Positions 57,302-64,000 of a stretch of DNA of 64,000 nucleotides are shown in pieces (the stretch's first letter is position 1; every line of letters starts with the position of its first letter). Source of the stretch: a virus (taxonomy: Duplodnaviria > Caudoviricetes); IMG/VR virus record IMGVR_UViG_3300033991_000020, positions 776-64,775 of that record. The stretch is one strand, 5' to 3'. Under the pieces are notes generated by a model. It searched no databases, had not been told where the DNA came from, and saw only the letters and a program-made list of their open reading frames with translations. A program made the position numbers and the translations under genes.

Positions 57302-58139
57302 GACATATCCCCTGTTTAAAAAGTAGTCTCCAATAATCTCTCTTATAATTAGTTTTAATGTGGCAATGCCTACATAAAGCAACTAAATTACCAACAACAT
57401 TATTTTTCTTATCGTAGTCAATATGATGTACATCTAATAATCTTCCATTTTCTAATTGAGAACATCCGCATAACTTACATTTATAATTACCGATAAATCT
57501 TATCTTCTCTTTTAATGTGCTATCAAAAACTGCTCCATACTCTGTATTTTCATAAGGAATACCAGTACCACCATGTGATAAACTTAGCCGCTTCCTTGTT
57601 TCTTTTGAAGCCTTTTTACCTTTATTACCTGGAACATGCCCAAGTTTAGCTATCCTAAGCTTATTTTTTGTTTCTAAACTATGGTGTTTACCAAACATCG
57701 GTGCTAACTTACCAGTTCTTCCTAATTTAGCTAAACGCATTTTCTTAAGCGTCTTATTCCCATACACATTAATTTTATACTTGTTCCAGGGTTCTAACTC
57801 CCCATTCTTATACTTTTCTTTTAACAATTCGGCGTGTTTTAAAATCTGCTCTTTGGTTCTAGTTGGTTTTTTAATTTTATGCGTTTTACGATATTTCTTA
57901 AAGAAAATACCATGTTTCTTTGCTTGTAATCTCCCAGCCTCTGTTTTAAAATAATTTAAAACAGTTTCTCTAATTTTTTCTCTATTAGCAATACTATTAT
58001 GTCCAAGAATGTACTTTGGTATACCCAATCTAAAATGTGTTCTATTTACTTCAATAAATTTTCCACAACCACAAGCACATAAATGTTTATTTGTATTTTT
58101 ATTTACAAAAATAGTTATATTTTTATTTATTAATCCCAC
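57282..58139 (-). CDS. HNH homing endonuclease with NUMOD3 repeats
   Basis: CACGCG, FGKHHSLETK, CKLCG, VHHIDYDKKNN...NLVALCRHCH. Confidence 0.88.
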   Translation of the reverse strand: MGLINKNITIFVNKNTNKHLCACGCGKFIEVNRTHFRLGIPKYILGHNSIANREKIRETVLNYFKTEAGRLQAKKHGIFFKKYRKTHKIKKPTRTKEQILKHAELLKEKYKNGELEPWNKYKINVYGNKTLKKMRLAKLGRTGKLAPMFGKHHSLETKNKLRIAKLGHVPGNKGKKASKETRKRLSLSHGGTGIPYENTEYGAVFDSTLKEKIRFIGNYKCKLCGCSQLENGRLLDVHHIDYDKKNNVVGNLVALCRHCHIKTNYKRDYWRLLFKQGICHVKRLV

Positions 58140-60383
58140 TTATTCTAACCCCGCCCCTATTCTTGCTTTGTTTTTTCTATCTGCTTCTGGTTTTATTGTT
58201 TGCCTGTTTAAAGCCGATATATCTCCCTCTTGGTCCATTACTATCTTTTCTAATTCGTCTAAACGACCTTGTAATCCTACTAACAAAGAAGTTCGTATAG
58301 ACGGTCCTAATGCGCCACCAATTCTTTCTGATTGACTAATCATTTTTTTAATAGCTTCTACTTCTTTATTAGCTTCAATAGTTTCTAAATCTATACGCTT
58401 ACCTCCTACTTCTAAATAACCAGTTCCTTTAGGGCTAACAACTTCTTTACCTGTTTCACCTTCTGGTTTATTCTTTCCTAACCAATCTATCTCTTTAAGT
58501 GCTCCTATTTTTATTTTAATGTCTTCTACAGTAGCTGACATTTCATCTTTAAAGTCCTTATTTAACAATCTCCAAGGCTGTGAAAAAGCCAATAAACCCA
58601 TTGCAGCTAGTTTTAAAGTAGGACCAATAGCACCAAATAGAATAAGAACAGCTGTAGCAATTTGTCTAAATCTTAAAAACTCACCCAAAAGTTTATCTAT
58701 TGTAAGCCCTACTAGTATACCAGCTATTGCTGCCAAAGTAATTTGTATTCCAGCTATTGCAACCCAACCATATTTAAATAATAAAATAAGTTTACCAGCA
58801 CCTGCTATAATTGGAATAAATACAGCCTTAATAGCTATAACAAATATAAGAATATTCATAAATCCACCAAGTAAATGCAAAATTAAAGTTGACCATACTG
58901 CCATTGGTCTAACAATATTTTTTAATCCTTCTGGCATGGCTAAATAAGCTTTAGAAATTTCTGAAATAGTCCCAATAATAGCCTTTCCCATAGTAAGCAC
59001 TGTCTTATAAACTTCTTCAAATATTTTTTTAAGTTCCCCTTCTCTTAAAGACTTAACAACAGTAGCAACTCTAGTAGCAATGTTATCAAAAAATGTTGTA
59101 ACTTTTTGTGGTGTTAATTCAGATAACCATTTTTTAAAGCCAATAGACCATTCCTTTATCCATTGAATAACTGGAGCCATAACCTTTTGGACACCATTAA
59201 CAGCTGCTTTAAATAAACCCATCCTATTTGCAATATCTGTAATATCTACAATAAAATTACGAACTGCATATATAGCCTTAGCTAAGGGTTCATTAAATTG
59301 TTGAGAAAAACCTAAACCAAGATTTTTTAAGGATGCAAATAAATCCCTTACTCTTCCAATTACAGTAGTCCTAAAAGCTTGTGACATTCTGTCAGCAGCT
59401 CCTTGAGAATTTTCTAACTGTGTTTGTAATTCCATCAATGCGGGTGCACCCCTAATAATCAAAGCCTCAACTCCAGAAGCTGCCCTGTCTCCAAAAGCTT
59501 CAAAAACTTGACCAGCTGTTAAATTAGCTTTTTGTAGGTCTCTAACAATAGATGTCAAATGTTTAAGTCGTCCAGAGCTATCAGTAAAAGTAAGATTTGC
59601 ATCTTTAAATATATCTTTTGCTTTTCCAGTAGGTGCTAATAATTCAGATAAAATTCTCCTCAATGAAGTTCCAGCCATACTCCCTTTAATTCCTGAATCT
59701 GACAAAAGACCTATTGCAGCTGTAACTTCTTCTATTGAAAGACCAGATGCCATTGCTACAGGTGCTACATATGAAAAAGCTTCTCCTAACTCACCCAAAC
59801 TAGTAGATGCTGCATTAGCCCCCATAGTCATAACATCTGCAACTTTTTTTGAATCCTCGGCATTTAAATTAAATCCTCTTATTGCTGATACAAGTATCTC
59901 GGAGGACTCGGCAAGTTCCAATTCTCCATTTATAGCCATATCCAAAACTGGTCCTATAGAGTCTAGCACTTCTCTTGTATTAAAACCAGCTCTTGCTAAA
60001 ATTTGCATACCTTCAGCAGCATCTGTAGCTGAAAATAATGTATCTCTTCCAAGTTCCAATGCTTTTTCTGTAAGCTGAGATAAAGCCCCAGCTGCCGCAT
60101 TTCCACCTTCTTTCATAATAACAAAAGCCCTAACTATCTCATCTTGAAATTCTGCACCAGCTTTAGCAGTAACCATAAATGTTCCAGCTAATCCTGCCAA
60201 ACTAATTTGCAATCCTCTTATAGCAACTGTACTAACAATTCTAAAAGCATTACTAACACCAGCAGTAAGCCCTTGAGATAGCAACGACCAGTCTCTAATT
60301 AATGAAGAAGCTTGTGCAAGATTAGCACGAAGTTTTGAAGTAGTTGCCGAAATTTCTACAGTTATCTCGCCTATTTTTACAAT
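58140..60383 (-). CDS. tail tape measure protein (747 aa from a proposed ATT start)
   Basis: TP901-type core (FSATDAAEGMQILARAG, GIKGSMAGTSLRR); open frame extends 33 codons upstream of the annotated TTG to an ATT behind GGAGGT. Confidence 0.9.
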   Translation of the reverse strand: MVKIGEITVEISATTSKLRANLAQASSLIRDWSLLSQGLTAGVSNAFRIVSTVAIRGLQISLAGLAGTFMVTAKAGAEFQDEIVRAFVIMKEGGNAAAGALSQLTEKALELGRDTLFSATDAAEGMQILARAGFNTREVLDSIGPVLDMAINGELELAESSEILVSAIRGFNLNAEDSKKVADVMTMGANAASTSLGELGEAFSYVAPVAMASGLSIEEVTAAIGLLSDSGIKGSMAGTSLRRILSELLAPTGKAKDIFKDANLTFTDSSGRLKHLTSIVRDLQKANLTAGQVFEAFGDRAASGVEALIIRGAPALMELQTQLENSQGAADRMSQAFRTTVIGRVRDLFASLKNLGLGFSQQFNEPLAKAIYAVRNFIVDITDIANRMGLFKAAVNGVQKVMAPVIQWIKEWSIGFKKWLSELTPQKVTTFFDNIATRVATVVKSLREGELKKIFEEVYKTVLTMGKAIIGTISEISKAYLAMPEGLKNIVRPMAVWSTLILHLLGGFMNILIFVIAIKAVFIPIIAGAGKLILLFKYGWVAIAGIQITLAAIAGILVGLTIDKLLGEFLRFRQIATAVLILFGAIGPTLKLAAMGLLAFSQPWRLLNKDFKDEMSATVEDIKIKIGALKEIDWLGKNKPEGETGKEVVSPKGTGYLEVGGKRIDLETIEANKEVEAIKKMISQSERIGGALGPSIRTSLLVGLQGRLDELEKIVMDQEGDISALNRQTIKPEADRKNKARIGAGLE

Positions 60384-60404
60384 TTTAAGTTACCTCCAAC
60401 TAAA

Positions 60405-60653
60405 CTATATTACAATTTCTTTTCTTCCATCTTCTCTTGTTTTTTCTTTACCACCCATAGCTTTTAAATCTGATATAGATAATTCTTCTTCGGTATTTCC
60501 TCCATTATTATTTTGTTTATCATATCTAGCCTTGATAACTTTTAACAATAAAGTTATTTGGCCTAAATCTAAGGACTTAATATACTCTATAGTCCATCCA
60601 TATTCTTTGGCCAAAATATCAATAAGCTCTGCCCAATCTATATCATAACCCAT
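60405..60653 (-). CDS. tail assembly chaperone (downstream part)
   Basis: LAKEYGWTIEYIKSL pattern; immediately upstream of the TMP. Confidence 0.6.
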   Translation of the reverse strand: MGYDIDWAELIDILAKEYGWTIEYIKSLDLGQITLLLKVIKARYDKQNNNGGNTEEELSISDLKAMGGKEKTREDGRKEIVI

Positions 60654-60657
60654 AATA

Positions 60658-60963
60658 TTATGCTTCTATTTTAGCTTTTTGACCGACAATAACTTTAATA
60701 ATTTCTTGAAGGTCTGCTAAATCTACTATTTTACCAACTTCAGATTCTTCTATTTTATTTGACCCTTTTAAAGCCACAAAAACAAGATGTTTAATGTCAT
60801 TTAATAATTCAATGTCAATATCTTTTTCTTTATTTTCTAATTTTACAACTAGGGGCCAAATATCAATCAAGTCATCTATAGGTAATGGTAAAACAGTATA
60901 CTCATTACCATCTCTTAAAGTAATAGACAGACCCTTCCTTTTGATAACATTTTCATTAGCCAT
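60658..60963 (-). CDS. tail assembly chaperone
   Basis: Position between tail tube and TMP; ITLRDGNEYTVLPL. Confidence 0.6.
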   Translation of the reverse strand: MANENVIKRKGLSITLRDGNEYTVLPLPIDDLIDIWPLVVKLENKEKDIDIELLNDIKHLVFVALKGSNKIEESEVGKIVDLADLQEIIKVIVGQKAKIEA

Positions 60964-61007
60964 TTTATATCTCCTTTTAATTTCTATTATTAATCTATAT
61001 TATGTTA

Positions 61008-61373
61008 TTAAACTTCTGTATCTTTCTTTCTCCACTCTAAGCGAGTTGCAACAAAAGCATTCTGAGCTGATGTAATTTCGGCTGAAACTAAAACCATGTT
61101 GGTTAAAGTAACAACTATACCACCAGTATTTGCCCCAGCTTCTAACTCTAATGTTTCTGCAACACCAAAAGTAGGCTCTGTAGCGTCGTAGTCAGCAGAC
61201 TCTGCTGTAACTACTAAGGATTGGTCTCCAGGAACAATGTCTAAAGGATAACGATAATCCCCACCACGAAACTCTTGCGGATTGCCGTCGTATCTAACTG
61301 TAATACCTGTACATACTCCTATATAGACGCTTGCCCGCTTAATCCTTCCAACTGAAAATTTACGAGTTCCCAT
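61008..61373 (-). CDS. putative tail tube protein
   Basis: Position; beta-rich; strong AGGAGG RBS. Confidence 0.5.
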   Translation of the reverse strand: MGTRKFSVGRIKRASVYIGVCTGITVRYDGNPQEFRGGDYRYPLDIVPGDQSLVVTAESADYDATEPTFGVAETLELEAGANTGGIVVTLTNMVLVSAEITSAQNAFVATRLEWRKKDTEV

Positions 61374-61403
61374 TTTGAATTTCCTCCTTTTTATTTATTT
61401 AAA

Positions 61404-61667
61404 TTAAACCCCTACAACTAAAACTATTACGTGTTTACTTACACAAAGAACATCTGTAATAGTAATAACATTGGTTGCTACTGTGTTAGTATACTCTGTT
61501 CCATCTGATAAATCAATAACTTGAGCTTTATTCACGGTAGTTAAAGCATTTACTGTAATCGTATCATCTTTACTAATTGAAGTAACCTCTAAAGTCAAAT
61601 ATTTCTTTAAATTAGCAATTGTCTGTGCCTGCCCTTGTGATTTTACTGAATATGTTTTATCTGACAT
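61404..61667 (-). CDS. hypothetical structural protein
   Basis: Thr/Val-rich; AGGAGG RBS. Confidence 0.5.
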   Translation of the reverse strand: MSDKTYSVKSQGQAQTIANLKKYLTLEVTSISKDDTITVNALTTVNKAQVIDLSDGTEYTNTVATNVITITDVLCVSKHVIVLVVGV

Positions 61668-61693
61668 TTTTTATTTTCCTCCTTGTTTAAAAT

Positions 61694-62107
61694 TTAACAA
61701 TCCCCACCATAACCTTCCATAACTACATCAAAAGTAAGAACCAAATGAAAAACTTTTGTATCATCTTCCCAAATCGGAACACTATTTGATTTCCATAATT
61801 GATAAACTTTTGGGTCATTTGTTAAGTACGATTTTTTGTCTATATTTAAAAGAATTTGCTTGGCGATTAAACCAGCAGTAGTTCTTTGCCCAGAGCCTTT
61901 TGCCCAAACATTTATTCGTAAATCAGAAAAATAATCGTTTGTTAAAGAATCCGTAGGCCCATCTAAGGCTTCTATGGTAATTTGTGGATAATCGTTTTCA
62001 GTATTTACAACTGGTTTTCCTTCCATATAAATTCTACTACCAACATAAGCAGTAATAGTAGAATCTGCAAGTAATTGGTCTCTAATTAATTTAATTAAGT
62101 CTAACAT
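61694..62107 (-). CDS. tail terminator / tail completion protein
   Basis: LLADSTITAYVGSRIY...YPQIT...INVW. Confidence 0.7.
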   Translation of the reverse strand: MLDLIKLIRDQLLADSTITAYVGSRIYMEGKPVVNTENDYPQITIEALDGPTDSLTNDYFSDLRINVWAKGSGQRTTAGLIAKQILLNIDKKSYLTNDPKVYQLWKSNSVPIWEDDTKVFHLVLTFDVVMEGYGGDC

Positions 62108-62108
62108 A

Positions 62109-62546
62109 TTATTCTGCCAAAGTATGTGTTAATATTCCTTCTTTTCCACCACCATAATATTTTCCAACGGCCATTTTTTCTATGGCTATATCCATAGCAC
62201 TCTTAAATTTATCAAACATTAATACTTTATTTTTATTTATTGCTGGAACCAAATAAGGATGCCCCTCTGGTTGGCCTGACCAGCCGAGTTCCTGAAAAAT
62301 ACTATAACGGGCACTAGACCTAACTCGCCCAATAATTACAACACCCCTCATTTTACTAATAACCCTACCTGTAATATGTTCTCTTAAAAAACCAGTATCA
62401 ACTGGGGCAAAATATTTAGCATCTGTCATAACAGAATCAAGAACCTCAACCATCTTCTGGCCTAATTCACTATAAGCTATATCATTGAATTTCTGTATTT
62501 TATTTATTACTTCTTCTGCTCCAGTTACTTTTACATTAGCATCCAT
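62109..62546 (-). CDS. HK97 gp10-like neck protein
   Basis: APVDTGFLR, YSIFQELG, HPYLVPA. Confidence 0.8.
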   Translation of the reverse strand: MDANVKVTGAEEVINKIQKFNDIAYSELGQKMVEVLDSVMTDAKYFAPVDTGFLREHITGRVISKMRGVVIIGRVRSSARYSIFQELGWSGQPEGHPYLVPAINKNKVLMFDKFKSAMDIAIEKMAVGKYYGGGKEGILTHTLAE

Positions 62547-62557
62547 AATTTAATTCC

Positions 62558-63001
62558 TTACAAAAGGTCAAGTCTTGAAAGACGCAATTCCAAATGATGA
62601 AGTTTTTCCCTCTCAAATAATTCATCAACTACTAATACCTTATAATGCCTTACACCTATAAAAAGTTCATCGTTTTCACAAACATCCGAACCAGCACATA
62701 CAAATCCTCTATAATCTGCCGTAACAACTCCCCCTTGCGTCTCTACTCGTAAACCTTCCGCTGTCCTATTTCGCTCTCTATCTACTCTTATTTTTAAAGA
62801 ACTATTAATTATGGGAGCAGTTGGATAAGAAAGTAAAACTTCACCATAATCGTTTACTACACGAACACCTTCATTACTGTCATAGGGCCTTTTTTGCACC
62901 GCTACTTGGTTCAACAAGGCTTCAAAATTAGCATCACAAGGGTCTCTTACAATTGCTTGTATATTAAATTGTGTATATAATTTTTTTGTTGTATCTACCA
63001 T
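62558..63001 (-). CDS. putative head-closure protein
   Basis: Position; DVCEND...YKV...HHLE.L. Confidence 0.6.
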   Translation of the reverse strand: MVDTTKKLYTQFNIQAIVRDPCDANFEALLNQVAVQKRPYDSNEGVRVVNDYGEVLLSYPTAPIINSSLKIRVDRERNRTAEGLRVETQGGVVTADYRGFVCAGSDVCENDELFIGVRHYKVLVVDELFEREKLHHLELRLSRLDLL

Positions 63002-63363
63002 TATACTACCTTAATTTTCTTATTTATTACATTTATTGTAATACTCTCGTCAGTATTTAAAACCAATTCCAACCAATTATCATTACCTAGACTCTTAAAA
63101 ATCTTCCTGGCAATCATTTTTGATTGTCCATTATTTGGGTCTAAAATAAAATCATCTGTCTGCCAAAATAGAGCCTTAGAGTTCTTTCTAGCAGATAAAG
63201 TAAAGAGTTTTTTATCCTCTTCTCTTTGAAGTTGGATAGATGTTATGTCTTCGGACCAATTTCTTCTAAAGGAAACATCGTTTGAATCCCAATTAGAAGT
63301 TACTGTTTGACCGTCTTTCTTATGAATTATCCAACGGGTTCCCATATAATTAAAAATCCTCAT
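63001..63363 (-). CDS. hypothetical protein
   Basis: Coupled ORF. Confidence 0.55.
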   Translation of the reverse strand: MRIFNYMGTRWIIHKKDGQTVTSNWDSNDVSFRRNWSEDITSIQLQREEDKKLFTLSARKNSKALFWQTDDFILDPNNGQSKMIARKIFKSLGNDNWLELVLNTDESITINVINKKIKVV

Positions 63364-63545
63364 AGGCCCAAGCTTATGAGGTTTAAATTTAGACTATCTG
63401 ACTCATTCACTTGTGACCTATTTTTATATAACCCAAATATCATCAATGACTTGTGGTTATTTTGGTCCAAATATGTATAAATACTATCCTTCACATATAT
63501 TATACGATAAAAAAGAGCAATTGGGACAAAATATTTTAAAATAGT

Positions 63546-63998
63546 TTAACTAGTATATGAAAATGCTAGTAAAAAGTCTATAAGTCTAACGCCTGCAACA
63601 TTTTCAGTAGAAGGAACAGCAATCTTTTGCTTTATATGAGCTTCTCCACCAACTCCTATATCATCGGAATTAGCGCCACCAGCACTAGCATCATTTAAGG
63701 CCACAGCATTGGCTAAACTATCCATTTGGAATGTTCTTAAATTATATTCATAAATCCCATCGTGGTTCACATCAAGCAAGAACCCTTTAGAGGCGCTCGC
63801 ATCTCCCCAAGCTTTTAATTCATCAAAATCTAATAAAGCTGTTTGGCCACCTTCATAAGTTCCAGTAAATTGCTGGCAATAAAACTTGCAATCAGTAATT
63901 TCATTTAAGCCATCATGTCTTATATAAATATCTTCTGGGTATGTTTCTTTTCCATTTGCAACATTACCATGATTAATTCCAGAATTTGCACCTTGCAA
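63546..63998 (-). CDS. hypothetical structural protein (5' end probably outside the window)
   Basis: Open frame running to the window edge. Confidence 0.55.
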   Translation of the reverse strand: MQGANSGINHGNVANGKETYPEDIYIRHDGLNEITDCKFYCQQFTGTYEGGQTALLDFDELKAWGDASASKGFLLDVNHDGIYEYNLRTFQMDSLANAVALNDASAGGANSDDIGVGGEAHIKQKIAVPSTENVAGVRLIDFLLAFSYTS

Positions 63999-64000
63999 AA

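Noticed and set aside
60405-60963. Programmed frameshift joining the two tail assembly chaperone ORFs
   Set aside because: No XXXYYYZ slippery site at the end of the first ORF; the -1 frame hits TAA, and the frame of the second ORF has a TAG five codons before its ATG
911-61075. Antisense and nested ORFs in the ORF track (e.g. 911..1189, 14140..14595, 16988..17491, 25361..25825, 49769..50167, 58519..58947)
   Set aside because: They shadow well-supported genes on the opposite strand or in another frame and have no recognisable motifs
63499-63529. Minus-strand promoter TTGTCC...TATAAT
   Set aside because: 19-nt spacer and weak -35; TATAAT alone is expected by chance in AT-rich DNA
1-64000. 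CRISPR array, diversity-generating retroelement or integrase
   Set aside because: No regularly spaced repeats, reverse transcriptase or recombinase motifs seen; the 42-bp duplication at 38237/38478 has mismatches not confined to adenines
1-64000. Stop-codon reassignment
   Set aside because: Conserved genes are full length in the standard code, and TAA, TAG and TGA all end genes at expected positions

Overview
AT-rich 64-kb segment of a large tailed dsDNA phage (standard genetic code, GGAGG-type RBSs; host not determinable) with two convergent gene arms that meet at ~47,940. The + strand arm (1-47,940) carries DNA modification, replication and recombination genes: two Mom-like GNAT proteins, an intein-containing primase-helicase, a UDG-fused family A polymerase, an SSB-like protein, RuvC, RecA, SbcCD, exonucleases, an N6/N4 methylase and a Cas4-like nuclease. 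It also carries nucleotide-metabolism genes (intein-containing DeoC, two nucleoside deoxyribosyltransferase-like proteins, a dATP/dGTP diphosphohydrolase), protein-processing enzymes (M16 peptidase, Map, Def, ClpP, trypsin-like protease), a sugar/glycerophosphate modification cluster between TerS and TerL, and a tRNA-like RNA. The - strand arm (47,937-64,000) is a siphovirus-like neck/tail module interleaved with HNH homing endonucleases. The best candidate for a new system is 26,717-29,078: a ThiF/E1-like enzyme, a 76-aa protein ending in Gly-Gly, and a partner with a lysine-depleted N-terminus and a Cys-containing C-terminal domain, suggesting a phage-encoded ubiquitin-like conjugation module. 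Other notable points are a consensus parS site in front of the primase, an intein next to the DeoC catalytic lysine, an ATT start codon for the tape measure gene, and internally deleted gene remnants. All calls come from motif reading by eye; no database searches were run.
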